In this document: piece after piece, positions 10,951-23,093 of the stretch
How positions within the stretch are numbered: the first letter of the stretch is position 1
Layout: every line of letters starts with the position of its first letter
NCBI RefSeq assembly: GCF_000142905.1
Contig: NW_013657654.1
Coordinates: 362,136 to 426,135, forward strand
DNA from: Thecamonas trahens ATCC 50062
Taxonomy: Eukaryota; Protista; Apusomonadida
Direction of reading: 5' to 3'
Length of the DNA stretch: 64,000 bases
Position numbers and translations under genes: made by a program
The notes under the pieces: generated by a model
What the model saw: only the letters and a program-made list of their open reading frames with translations
Database searches by the model: none
Told to the model about the DNA's origin: nothing

Positions 10951-11532
10951 GTCTCCCCCTTCTCAATGAGTGTGCAGGGGGGCGAGGAAGGGGAGAGGGG
11001 GGGAGAGAGCTGCGTTGGTCAGGCGGTGGCCGACTGTTGGCAGTGGGTGGCCGCACCGATGGCGGAGCAGCAGTCGATCAGTGGCCGAGTAGCAGTCGGG
11101 CGATGGACAGCTGTGGATGTGTGATGAGGAGAGTCATGAGCAAAGTGTACGGAGCAAGGATGAGCATCATATATTCTTTCTCTGCAACCTTCTCCGTGGT
11201 GATGGATGTTCTCAGGATCGGTGATCTTTTTTTCGCACGAATCCCCCACGGTATCCATCCAGCCCCTCACACACACAGACACACCCACACACTTACACAC
11301 ACACGAGAATCACCTCCTTGTCCCCCTCCCCTCTTCCCCTCATCATATATCTCCTTTTTTCTGTGCTCATGTCCAACGATGTGATTGCTGCCTTCCATAG
11401 TGCCACGATCCACGGCGAATGGGAGGCGCGGGCGTCCTGCGGCAGTGCGGCACCTGGTCGGCGAGGGGACACGGCCTCGCTCTGACCAAAGCCGTCTTTG
11501 GTGGAACCGCACACTGCTCTACAACGACGACT

Positions 11533-12288
11533 ATGGCAGGGTGCTGGAACCGGGCCAAGGCCATGCATGAGGCAGCTATGGCGGATGGCGACCTCTCGTT
11601 TGACGACGTGGTGGAGGCGCTGAAGGAGATGCTCCGTGAGGGCATTGAGTGGGCGGTGAAAAAGGCGTCCAAGCGCGGCGGCTTCCTCAAGAACGACGCC
11701 ATTGCCATTCCCTGGCCGCCGCAGCTGCGGTCCATCAAGCGAAAGCTGAAGAAGCTCGGTGGCCGGAAGAAAATTGATGAGTTTGTTCGCCGCATTAACA
11801 AAGCCGCCGAAAAGGCGGCGCCCAAGGCCCTCGACGTCTTTGTTGCCGCCATCATGGGCCTCTCTCTCGACAAGGTTGATGATCTGCTCCACGGTAGCAT
11901 CGACGCCGCCACAGACTACCTCCGCGAGTCGACCTACGACGTCCTCCGTGACATGTTTGCGCCCATCATCGACAGGACGCTCGAGAAGCATGCCGTCACT
12001 GCGGTCTGGGACAACATGATCGACATCTACGACGCCATCCCCTTCCTCTCCGACCTCTCGTTCGACCTCAACGACTACTGTGTCGAGCGTGCCCTTGACG
12101 GCCTCTTCTTCCTCGTCGCAGAGCGCGAGGCCGAGCTCCGCGACTCGCCGGAGCTCGCAAAGTCAGCAAAGATCCTTGCCGTTCTCAACAACATCGACGA
12201 CTTGTTCTTCGACTCGTCCTCCTCTGATGGCGACTCGAGCTACTCGGGCTCCGGCTACGACTCGGGCGTCGACTACTCGTACTCGTAG
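11533..12288 (+). CDS. DUF4197-family protein (bacterial-type, unknown function)
   Basis: Matches the family pattern along its length: ALKEMLREG..AV...GGFLKNDAIAIPWP, INKAAEKAAP.A..VFV.AI, DAATDYLR, F.PII...L, Y.AIPFL...DL.DY..ERALDGLFFLVAERE.ELR.P. An alternative in-frame ATG is at 11419. Confidence 0.82.
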   Translation: MAGCWNRAKAMHEAAMADGDLSFDDVVEALKEMLREGIEWAVKKASKRGGFLKNDAIAIPWPPQLRSIKRKLKKLGGRKKIDEFVRRINKAAEKAAPKALDVFVAAIMGLSLDKVDDLLHGSIDAATDYLRESTYDVLRDMFAPIIDRTLEKHAVTAVWDNMIDIYDAIPFLSDLSFDLNDYCVERALDGLFFLVAEREAELRDSPELAKSAKILAVLNNIDDLFFDSSSSDGDSSYSGSGYDSGVDYSYS

Positions 12289-12327
12289 CGCAGCTGCCCG
12301 CAATTGAAGCACATACTGGCCCGCGCT

Positions 12328-15300
12328 TTACTCGTTGCTCTCCTCGCTCACCATCCGCAGCACGTCGCCGAGCAGAATACTGACCCCACCTGAGGTCCAC
12401 GCCTCGCGCTCGTCGCCCTCGATCTCGCCAACCACCTCGCCGAGCGCGTCGAGCGACGGGACGTCTGCCAGCTCGCGCGACGTCGCCACCGCGTACAGCA
12501 TCGACGACCGCAGATGCTCCTGCAGTGTCGCGTCGTCAACCGCAGACTCGACCCGGAGCTGCGCCAGCTCCGGCCACGGGTCGGCCGTCACCACCGCCCG
12601 CCACACCAGCGGCTCGAGCTCCGCCAGCGCCCCGCCTGCCCGTTCGATGAGCTCGAGCGCAAGGACAAACCGCGACTGCGCGTCGCCGCCCATCTCCTCC
12701 GAGATGTACGCGAGTACCAGCTCGCGCGGCGTCAGCACTCGCTCGGCACTCTCAGGCAGCAGCTCTTGCGCGCGGATGACATACAGCTCGTTGTCGGCGC
12801 TCGCCACAGCCTCGCTGTCAAGCGGCGCTCCGTCCGCGAGGTGTGCGAGCTTGGCCAGCGAGACCAGCGTCTTGCGCCGCGCCGCGCTCGTACGCTCCTC
12901 GCCCGCCGCACCCGACAGCAGCGCACCCGCCTTGGCCGTCTCGCCCGTGGCAAACGCGTGGATCCACGCCAGGCTCTCGCGTGACTCGAGAAAGTGGGAC
13001 AGCTGCGCAGGATACGCCTCGCCGAGCCGCAGCAGCGACGCGTGCCGCCCGCTCGCCATAAACGCCTGGAACGCTGCGTCGGCAAATCCGTCGCTCCCGT
13101 ACGTGTCCATCAGGAACGTCAGTCGATCGTCGGCGTCGTCCGCCGCAAGCGCAAGGCCCACCAGCACCGTGTACGCCCCGTACTTTTGCCCGAGCTCGTA
13201 CGCAAGCTCCGGCGCGCTCTCGGCCAGCCCGCCGATCAGCTCCTGCGCCGCATCCTGCAGCGCCACCGCCCGCGCCGCCGCAAGCTCGGGCTTCCCGACC
13301 GCCGCGTCAACGAGTTCGCCCAAAAGGCCGAGGTACACATCGAGCGCAGCGCCGGTCACCTCGATGAGAAGCTTGCCCATCGGCGAGACCAGGACGCCAA
13401 GGCTGCGGAAGAGCGAGAGCGCGAGCGTCACGTGCCCCGCAAGCTCGTTCAGCAGCTCACCGTCGTCGGACCACCACCGCGGCACTGCGCCGAGGCCCTG
13501 CACTGCTGCCGGCGTCCCTGCGCCAAAGCCGTAGACCTCGCCGTAAGACGCTGCGTACTCGCGGCCGGCCAGAAACGCCGCACCCAGCAGCGCACCCACG
13601 CCACCCACAATCGCAAACTGCGCCGCCGCCCACGCCTCGCCGTTCGCACTCGCCTCGCCGAGCACCTTTGACGACTGTTGCGCGAGGTGGGCCACAATCC
13701 GCGGCACCGTCGAGACCCTCGCGTAGAACACGTCCTGCGTCCCCAGGCCCGACCCGGCAAACGCTGTCAGGTCCACACCAGCCTCCGCGAGCACCTCATG
13801 CATTGCGCCGAGGTACACCTCTGAGAGCAGCGAGCCGGCCTCCAGCCCGAGCGCCTCCACCATGTCCTGGTGCACCTCGCGGAGCCGCTGCGCCGACGCC
13901 AGTAACTCGCCGTGCGACTGCAGCTTTGCCCGCGTCTCCACCGACAGCACCTCCCACCACCCCAGCTGCGAGAGGAGCGAGAGCAGGCTCTGGTGCTTCC
14001 GCGCCTTGGCCTCTAGCAGCCGCCGCACAATCGCCGAGCCCGCACCGGCAGCCGCAGCCTCGGCCTCGCTCACCCCGCGCTCCCCCAGCGTCGCTGCTGC
14101 CCACCGCGGGTCCGACGCCGGCGTTGCGTCCAGCAGCGCCCGCGACATGACCACCAGCGCATCGTCGAGCGCCCCACCACGCGGATCAAGCTCCGACGCC
14201 ACGCCAAGCGCCCCACCCACGTCGCCCATACAGTAGAGCGAGTACGCCGCGCCAAGCTCGGCGTTCAGCCCAGCCACCCCGTCAAACTCGCGCAGGAGCT
14301 TGGCCGCAGGCCGGAGCCCGTGCCGCGCCATCCGGCCGCCGGTACCTCCCGGAGACCAGCTTCCCTCCGCTGCTGCAACTCCGGCGTGACTGCGAGTACC
14401 CGCGAAACTCGCCTCGAGCGCATCGTCCTGCACCACACTCACCACTCCGGTCGCCGCCGTGACAAACACCGCCCGCCCCGACCCGCCGCCCCCGGCGCCG
14501 AGCACCATGTTGTCGCTACCGGAAACTGCAAACGAGTCGAGCTCGCGCTCGTCAGCCGGCACCGCCGTCAGTACAATAAGTGACGGCGTGTAGACAAATG
14601 CGGCAGACTCCGACGACTCGGGCACCACCGCCGCTACCGAGAGGAACGACGCCGGATCGTACAGCGCCTCGCGCGCCTGCTGCTCGAGCGTAAACAGCGA
14701 AGTTATGGCCCGCTCTGCGACTCGACGCCTGCGAGCACGTATCCGAGCACTTCGGCCTGGAGATCGTACGCCGCTGCGAGTACCACCGCACTCTCGCCAT
14801 GAGCCTGCACCGACCGCAGCTCGACACGGAGCGCACCAAGTCCGGCAAACGCATCGTCGCCCATGAGCTTGGCTTCGAGAGTCGCGTGGAGCTCGGCCCG
14901 CAGCGCACACTTTGCGTCGAGCCCGGTCACCTCGAACCGCAGCAAAACGCTCTCAAACAGCGCGTGGACAACGTACCGCCCAGAGCCGACACTCGCACTC
15001 GCCAGCTCGACAAAGTCACCGCCGGTAAACGGCCCAGCGACAGTAGAGTCGTCGGCCGCAGGCGCCGCCGTTGACGAGAGGCCAAAGACCGACGAGATGG
15101 CGCCGAAAATCGACGATGACGCGCCCGGCGCCGGGCCTGACGCCCGGCTCTGTCCACTTGTCTGTTGACCGGTGCTCGGCGCAACCCGGGGTCCGGCAAA
15201 CCGCAGCCCATCGTCATCGAGCGAGAGGAGAGTAAGGCCACCAGCCGAGTCAACCACGGCTGCCAGCGCCGGATCAAGGACACTCACCGCCACTACCACC

Positions 15301-15878
15301 TTGTCGTCATCCAGTTCAAGCGAGAGATCGTCGACCCTATCCACTGCCGCCGGATCCGGCCAGTAGAACACGTCTCCGCCGGCCGAGGCCATGACGACAC
15401 CGATAGGAGCATCAATCGAGTCTGCCTCCGAGAACACCACGTCAGCACGAGCGAGCATGCGCTGCGGTGCGTCGACGTGCGAGTCCGGGAGGGCCAGAAC
15501 GGTAGCCTCCGGCGTTGCCTTTCCGGGAGCCGGGAAGTTTGCAAAGACATAGATCGATGACGCCACCGCCACCATGGACACATTCCCACTGGCAGACACC
15601 GCAGCAGCCGCTTCTGTCGAGCCCGGCCCAACCACCGCAGCTGTTGCACCACGAGCCGACTTTCCGCCAGCCTTGGCGAGGGCAGCCGCCACCACTTGCG
15701 GCAGCGGCGAGACGACCGACACTGTGTGCCGCTCTGTAGCATGAAGAACAGTACCAGGAGCGAGGACCTTGCCAAGACTATCTTGCACGGCGAGACCAGC
15801 CAGATGCGGCGAGGTGGTGGTGGTGGTGGTGGTGGTGGCCGAGGTTGCCGTGTTGGTGGTGTTGGCCATGGAGGTCAT
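12328..15878 (-). CDS. NUP133: Nucleoporin Nup133; frame break at ~14709-14711
   Basis: Motifs DATPASDPRWA, LLEAKARKHQSLL, HGELLASAQRLRE, LSHFLESRESLAWIH..RRKTLVSLAKLAHLA match Nup133. The upstream ORF 14703..16085 supplies the beta-propeller; one extra G joins the two. Confidence 0.85.
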
Positions 15879-16687
15879 GGTGGTGGAGAGGTCATCCTCA
15901 CCAAGTCCTGGAGAGGGAGGAGAGGGAGGTGCGGGTGTAGCACCTGATGTACAAATAGAGAACAAGAGTGACTTGCTGTGAGTGTATATGCTGTAATGAC
16001 CTTGGTAGGGGGGATATTCCCCTTGGCGACCTGGTGCCGCTCTGCGACATGACAAAGCGACTTCATCCCGCGCCAACCCCCTCACCCCCCCTCACCCCCC
16101 CATGTACACAGAAGGGAACAATAAACATAGAACAAATATAAACACACCATTACGTCGAGACATAGATGAAGTACGTGGACGCCGACGGGCAGATCCAGGT
16201 GCGGAGCCTGGCGTTCGCCAGGGCGTCTGTACCGTCGTGAACATCCCGCCGTCTCGCAGAGGGGTGCCGGACGAACTGCCAGTGACAGAGCCATTCGCCA
16301 ACGCTGACTCGCTCGCTCGCTCACTCGCTCGCTCGAGCCACACCTTATGGCGAGGCTACGGTTGGATGTCCGATTGCAGTGACGGGATCACAGTTGCGTG
16401 TTATGCGGCGAGTAGGGGGGAAGGGGGAGGGGAAGGGGGGAGGGACGCAGATCATGCTGATTGTGATCTGTGTTACTTACTGCTGCTGACCAGGGGCCGG
16501 AGCGGGAGGGAGGGGATGCAGGAGCAGCAAGGTGATAAGGTGTGAGCGAGAGCAGCGAGATAATGGTTGCACATCAGAGCCAAAGACAGGATACAAGATG
16601 TCCAGGGTAACCCTGACACGCGATAATGTGGGCCGTCGGAGGGCTTTGGGAAAGAGCATGGCTTCCGCGGTGGCGGCCTTGTGATCG

Positions 16688-17467
16688 TTACGATCGGGTA
16701 AACCAGAAGAACCACGGGTATGATGGTGAGGCGACGAAAAAGACGGCACCAACGGTGATGACGGTAAGCGCCCAGCCGCAGCTGGCGACTGAAGCAGCAA
16801 GGGCAAGCTCGCGCCAGCTGCGCCAATTCGAGAGGCCGCCGTAGCGAGCGATGCGCTGCCATGTGTGGCGGAGACGGGTAAAGGCAAAGTAAGACCCGAT
16901 GGCGATAATGCGGACAAGGAGAAAGGTAGTCCATGCGGTACCAGGTGGAGCGATGCACCATGGGCACGATGGGGTCGACGGATCATGGACGTTGCACTTT
17001 GCCCAACCTCCAGCCCAATTGAAGGTGCACCCGCACTGAAACATGACGCCGCACGATGGGTTGTGGAAGATCCAATCAAAGGCATAGACAGCACCAACCA
17101 CAGCCATGACCTCCATCGCCAGCCGCCAAGCAGCGTCCTTGCCCACGTCAACCGTGCCATCGACGACCACCACACGGACCGACTCTCCACCAGCATCACT
17201 CGATCCCAACTCGAGATCATCACCCAGCAACGGAAGCAAGTCATCAGCGTGTCCACCATCGTGTTGTACTTGTCCACCATCATCATGCTGGGCAATACGA
17301 CCCAGTCCATTCCAGCCTCCATCAAATGCATGCTTCTTCATCCCCATCCCCATCGATCCGCTCACGGGCTCATGCTCTGGCTGCCAGTCTTCAGCCACCT
17401 GCGGTTCATGCAGTGGCTGCAGAGCGCTGTTCGTCTGACTGTAGTCCCTTGCACTAGCTTCGGTCAT
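16688..17467 (-). CDS. Small multi-pass membrane protein with Cys/His-rich loop (HNPxC..FQCGC..W.GGW..CNVH..P.CPWC)
   Basis: ATG at 17467, about 3-4 hydrophobic segments and a dense Cys/Trp/His motif. Confidence 0.65.
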   Translation of the reverse strand: MTEASARDYSQTNSALQPLHEPQVAEDWQPEHEPVSGSMGMGMKKHAFDGGWNGLGRIAQHDDGGQVQHDGGHADDLLPLLGDDLELGSSDAGGESVRVVVVDGTVDVGKDAAWRLAMEVMAVVGAVYAFDWIFHNPSCGVMFQCGCTFNWAGGWAKCNVHDPSTPSCPWCIAPPGTAWTTFLLVRIIAIGSYFAFTRLRHTWQRIARYGGLSNWRSWRELALAASVASCGWALTVITVGAVFFVASPSYPWFFWFTRS

Positions 17468-17532
17468 GGTGGAAGAGTTGAGTGGTTGCTGGACAACTCT
17501 AGCCCGTGCCACGCCCCGTCTCCTGCCGGCGT

Positions 17533-18037
17533 CTCCCAGCTGCCGTGGGTGGCGTCATCTGCGGAGGATACGGTGGAGAATTTTTTGTTGGTGATGTGCG
17601 CCGGGCACAGCACCAGTCGCACCAGTCGTGCGCTTGCCGTATTCGACCTTGTACTTGTAGAACGTCAAGCCATGCGTAGCTCGCCACTGCTTGGCTTTGT
17701 GCCATCGATCCCACGGGCAGTAGCACTCCCAGCTGCCGCGTCATCTGCGGAGGATACGGTGGAGAATTTTTTGTTGGTGATGTGCGCCGGGCACAGCACC
17801 AGTCGCACCAGTCGTGCGCTTGCCGTCATCGACCTTGTACTTGTAGAACGTCAAGCCATGCGTAGCTCGCCACTGCCTGGCTTTGTGCCATCGATCCCAC
17901 GGGCAGTAGCACTCCCAGCTGCCGTGGGTGGCGTCATCTGCGGAGTTGGTGATGTGCGCCGGGCACAGCACAAGTCGCACCAGTCGTGCGCTTGCCGTAT
18001 TCGACCTTGCACTCGTAGAACGTCAAGCCATGCGTAG
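17533..18037. repeat. Tandem duplication of a ~186-193 bp unit, ~2.6 copies, intergenic
   Basis: tcatctgcgga recurs at 17555, 17741 and 17934. The units are near-identical with small indels. Confidence 0.92.
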
Positions 18038-18101
18038 CCTTGCCGGCTGTTCGACCTTGCACTATCAATCGCTACGGTGAAAGAGTACCAGTGCCGCCAT
18101 C

Positions 18102-18496
18102 ATGGCCGCGTACGCCAGCGGCGCGTACAACCCGGCGACGTACGAGGACCCGGCGATGGCGCCCGCCTACCGCCGCAGCGTCGCGCAGCCGTCGAGCAAC
18201 GACATGACGTGTTTGCTGTCAAGGCGCTCCTCGAGCAGACTGTGCCGAAGGACAGCGGCCTGCTGGCGAGTGCCTTGCACGCAGCCGTCGCCTTGGACGC
18301 GGTGCCCGAGACGCACTACTGCCGCGAGATGTGGAAGGCGACGCGGGAGATCGGGCGGTTCGACGGCGAAGGGTCCGAGTGGTGCACCGCTGCGCTCTCT
18401 GCGCTCGTGGGCATCCCGCTCGACACGAAGCTGGAGCTGCAGCTCGATCCTAGCCCCAAGGCGTCGTCGCCGCCGCCCACCACTCCGCCAAAGTGA
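18102..18496 (+). CDS. Small hypothetical protein, probably with one frame break
   Basis: The ATG ORF at 18102 (MAAYASGAYNPATYEDP) and the -1 frame ORF ending at 18496 (DVFAVKALLEQ...) both look coding. The junction is not localised. Confidence 0.35.
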
Positions 18497-18604
18497 GCGC
18501 CGTGCTCTCCCGCTCCCTGCGCCACGCTCTCCAGTTCCCTGTCGCCGATTCGCCGGAATGTGTGCGAGTTATGCAACACTTTTCGCTGCTTCCCTCCTCC
18601 GGCC

Positions 18605-21600
18605 ATGAATGCGCTGCAACAGACGCTCACGCGTCTGCATGCGTTCTGCCGACCAGTACCGGACAACCCTGCGACAGAGGGGCTCCTCACAGCACCATCG
18701 CCGCCACTGACGCAGGTAGAGGCACTGGCAAGTGCGATGAGCTCGGGTCGGTTGCCACGGCGACATCTTCTCGCCGCGCCTGCACCGCTCCTGGCGGCCT
18801 TTCTCAAGCGATCGCTCATGGCACTGCCCGATCCGCTCCTGCCCCCGGCAGCGTACTCCCTGCTTCTGCCGACGGATTCATCGTCGCCCGATGCATGCGA
18901 CGCAGACTCTGTGGCAGCAGCCCTGAGCGCTGTTCCGCCGCAAGATCTGGCCGTCGTGCTGTCCATCTTTCATCTGGTGCACACGGCGCTGCTTGCGGTG
19001 AGAGACGAGCGCGGCGAGGGCGAATACAGTCGGTACCTGCTTGCGCTCGCAGAAGAGCTCGCGCCACCGCTCCTCCGAGCCGCGGATCTCAAGACGTCTG
19101 TGACCAACGCTGGGCGTGCTGTAGCGGTCATGGTCTCGCTTCTCGACGTCGATGCGCCATCGTGTGTTGCTGCCAGCGTGCTTGCGCGCGAGAAGAAGCT
19201 GAGCGAGTCGCTGGTCATGCCTGAGGTCTTTGGCGCAACGCTGGCGAAGGAGCATGAGCCCAGCAAGGTACCACCATTTGTGGACGCTGTCTTTGGTGCC
19301 GTCCAAACGACGCTGGCCTCGCCGCCGTCTGCGCCGTTGCTGCACACGCTCTGGGGCCTCTTCGTCCCACCGGTGGTTGGGAGCGGAGCGGCCAGCGGCT
19401 CGGCCGGCGTCTCGCTCGCCAACGACGTCCGCAAGGCTCGGGCGGGCATGGCTAAGGCCAAGTCGTGGGCAGACGCACTCAAGGGCAAGTCACCGGTCGT
19501 TCTCAGCCTGCTCTTTGTGCAGTACCTCGACGAGCTCGCCACGCCGCTCATTCCCTACGAGGTGGCGACGGCCGTACTCAGTGCAGGTGGCACAGACCAC
19601 GCTCCGCTCCTCACCCGCATGCACCCGGTCCACCAGACGGTCCTCGCCCAGCTGGTGCTCCTCCTTCAGTCGCTGGTTGCCTCGCTTGATGCTGTCGCTG
19701 GCTGGGCCAAGTCCATGGTTGGCCGTAAGACAAAGGCGCGATCGTCGCGGATTAAGGCTCGGACCGCTGAGCTGGCAGCGAGAGTCGATGCCGAAACCTC
19801 AGCCTACCGCCTCGCCACTGCGCTCGGCTCGCATCTTTTCGCCTCTCACCGCATCCCGAGTCGTTGTCGGGCAAGGCGCGCTCGGCTGCTACCGCAGTTA
19901 TCCGGCAGTGGCTGACCGGCGCTGACAACGCAACGTTCTCGGCCATGGCCTCGGCGGCGCGCAACGTGGCGCTCCCGCGGCCACAGACAGACTCGGCTTC
20001 AACACTGCCGCAGACGGGCGGCGCGTTGCAGTCGGCCTGTGCATCAGAGCCAGCCAGCTTGTCGCAGCTGGATCTGCGCGACTCGGCACCCCACCTCGAG
20101 TCGTCAACGTCGATGTCGCTGGCTTCAGCGAGCTCAGCCGTACGACCGCTCTCGTCGGTCCGCCGCCGGAACAGGCGACTCTCGGACGCGCCGATGTCTG
20201 ACTTTCTCAAGCGGCGTTCTCGGGACGCGGGCATGAGCGACGACGGCCAACAACCGGCGATGCTGAGCGTGGGTTTGCCTGGGACCCAGTCTGGACCACC
20301 AACGCCAGCATCGGGTCTCGATACACCAGCCTCGTCGATGGCCTCAGTCCCGCACTCGCCGTCGGTGGCATCAGCGAGCGGGGCCTCGGACCGCTCGCTG
20401 CAGCGAGCGTTCTCGTTTGACGACGCTGATGCGGGTTCGGATTCCGCGGCTCTGTCAACACTACTGGATGCCCTCGCAGCACCGGACGGTCTCGACTTTA
20501 CCACCATTTACCTTGCCGCAAGCTCGGTGCCGCTGCAAGACACTCTGGCTGCTATCACCAAGGTGGTAGCTGCGTTTGTTGGCCAGATGGAGCAGCGGTG
20601 GCGAGTTCGAAAGCAGTTCCGCCAACCGCAACTTGGCGAGTTGCTCGGCGCCCTTCTTGTTGTCCTCGATCCGATTGTTGATCACCGCAGGAGTACGGCT
20701 GCCGCGACTGAGCTTGGCTCCTTGGAAAGCTGGCTGGCGATGACGCAGCTGCCGACACACGACGTGGCGTTGTTGCTGCTTGCTTCGTTTGACGCACTGC
20801 TTCGTGATGTGGCTCGAAGCGGAGCTGGCCCGACGAACCAAGCTTTGAGTGCAACGTCAGCTGCGGTGCTGCTTGCCAGGCTGGCGGGCGATGCAGCCGT
20901 CCTGGCGTGCAAGGACAAGTCCGGACTGGCGCGCGGGCTTGTGATGGCAATTGCGACGTTTCTCGAGTCGGTGTGTGATGCTCTTGGCGGTGCTGGGGCT
21001 CAAGCGGCCCGGGCACGCGAGCTACTGGCACCGTGCCTTTCGCACCTTTTCGGCGCTCTGACCGAGTGTCTTTGGGTTTGCGAGGTGCGCGAGAGGGAGC
21101 TCAACGCGACGCCGAGCATCAATGCCAACTTTGTGTCGCGGACGTTCCAGGTCCTGCATCAAGTGTGGGGCGCCGTGGTCGGCGCGTTCATCGACGGGGC
21201 GCTTGGATCGCCAGCGGCGGCACGCGCGGCCGACACGTTGTATCTTTATCTGCTGTCATTACTCGAGGTGGACGCACTGCTGTGGACGCAGGACCTCGTG
21301 CTGGAGGCGGCGTCACAATGGGTGCTGGAGGCGTCAACCCGAGTCGGAATCCAGCTGGGATGCCAGGGCGCAGCTCGGGAGCCGTGGACGTCATCGCTCC
21401 GCGACGCTGTGCTGGTAGCAGTGGCACAGATGCTCGCGTTTCTCTCTGACAAGGCCTCTTCGACGCGTCTGACGTATCCAGGCATCCATGCAATCGACGC
21501 ACATGTGCCAGCCGCACTTGTGCTCCTCGCGCAGCGGCTGGCTGAAGACGGCCCAGAGGACGAGGCGACGAACGTGGCGCAACTTCTGGGCGAGGCGCTT

Positions 21601-23081
21601 GTCGACGCGGCCATGTCGACTGGAGCGCGGCAGCTGCACGCAGTCTTTACCGCGTCGGCGGTGCTAACGACACCGGCTGTGCTCGGCATAGTTCTCTCCC
21701 ACGGTGTGACGCGCGGCCTGCTGCCGCTGGCGCGAGACCGAGCAGAGGCGACCGGGTGCGTTAAGCTTCTGGCCGAGCTCATCGGGTGCGGAGTGCGGCT
21801 GGGCGGGCGCGGGGCGGATTTGGAGACGTGGGCGCGCCCAGGTGCGGCGGCGCTGCTGGCGCTGGCGTCGCGATGGATTGACTTGTTTGTCTCTGTCCCA
21901 CACGAGCGGCTGTTTGAAGAGACGCTGCTGCTCGAAAAGATGCTGGGCAAGCCGGAGAGACGGATGCCCGCAAGCACAGAGCTGGCCCAGGATGTTCTGG
22001 CACTCGCGGCGGTGCTCGCGGCGTGGTCACCGGCCGAGTCGTCGACGAGATCACTCGCACTTGTTCGGCGTTCACTAGAACGGTGCGTGGCACAGGCAGC
22101 CGGGTTCGGCGGGGCGCTGCCAAGTCTGGCGCGGGTCTTGCACGAGGAGCACGTGAGCGGCACTACGCTCGAAGCGCTTCTGCGCGAGTCGTTGGCATCG
22201 TTTGGGCCGAGCGTGTGGGCGGCGTGAACGAGGTCTCGCTCTTTCTCACCGGCGCGTACGCTCTCAGTGACGGGCATGCGCTCCTGGAGCTTGCAAGCGC
22301 GCATGCAGAGCAGTGCGCGCCGTCGGCCGGTTATGGAAGCAACGTGTTCCTGGCCGAGGCTCGGAGTCGATGCGGCGCTGCTGGCGATAGCGCCGGGCTT
22401 GGGCGCCTGATGTGGATGGAAGTAGTGTGGACGGCAAAGGGCATACCTGTGGCAAGGACACAGCTGGGCAAGGCAAGACTTGTGGCCGTGCTGCAGAACG
22501 AGGCGGCTTTGCTGGTGGCCACCATCGACGCGCTTGCAGCGCTCGAGAGCGGCGGAGCGTGGGACTTGGCACACGAGGTACTTGACGTGCTCGACGCGGT
22601 CTACGGCGACTCGCCCAAGGATCGACACGGCATCGCGCTGCGGCGAACGGGCGTGTACGAGGCAATGGCGTTGTCTGGCGAGCTTGGGCATGTAGCTCTC
22701 CCACGATGGGGCGTCATCTACCTCTACACGGGCGAGGACGGCAGCGAGCACGTGCTCGCACAACTTTCGGTTGGGCGCGAGCCATGCCTTTTGGCAACGC
22801 CCGGGCCGGAGCTGACGGCATCGCATGCGCTCTGGCTTGCAGCGCAGAACTGGCAAGCCGGGCGGTCGCTGGGCACCATGTTGGCGACGGCGACCCACAA
22901 CGGGTGTGTCGGACATGCAGTTCTCCCGCTTGAGTGCGGAGTCGATGGCATGACGTGGATGTACCTCGCCGAGGATGTGATCGAGGTCCACTTTAGTGTC
23001 AGCGGATGGAGCGCGCCGTATGTGGCGGATGCGCCTGCGGTATGGGCCGAGGTCTTTGTGGCTAGCCGAAGCGTCGAGTAA
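18605..23081 (+). CDS. Large protein with two degenerate RhoGAP-like domains followed by a helical region; frame breaks at ~19836 and probably ~22203
   Basis: RhoGAP-like segments AAFLKRSLMALPDPLLP and VFGATL..VPPFVDAVF..FVQYLDELATPLIPY..AYRLATALG. One extra T at 19836-19839 gives HLFRLSPHPESLSGK into ORF 19864..22227. ORF 22023..23081 is again in the -1 frame, but that join is less certain. Confidence 0.55.
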
Positions 23082-23093
23082 AGGCGGGCGTGA

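Noticed and set aside
16865-18037. 390-aa plus-strand ORF
   Set aside because: It is antisense to the membrane-protein gene and then reads through the tandem duplication; there are no protein-like features.
21246-22991. Long antisense or alternate-frame ORFs (this one and e.g. 6979..8220, 12335..13534, 34674..35861)
   Set aside because: These are expected shadow ORFs in high-GC coding DNA and have no domain signatures.
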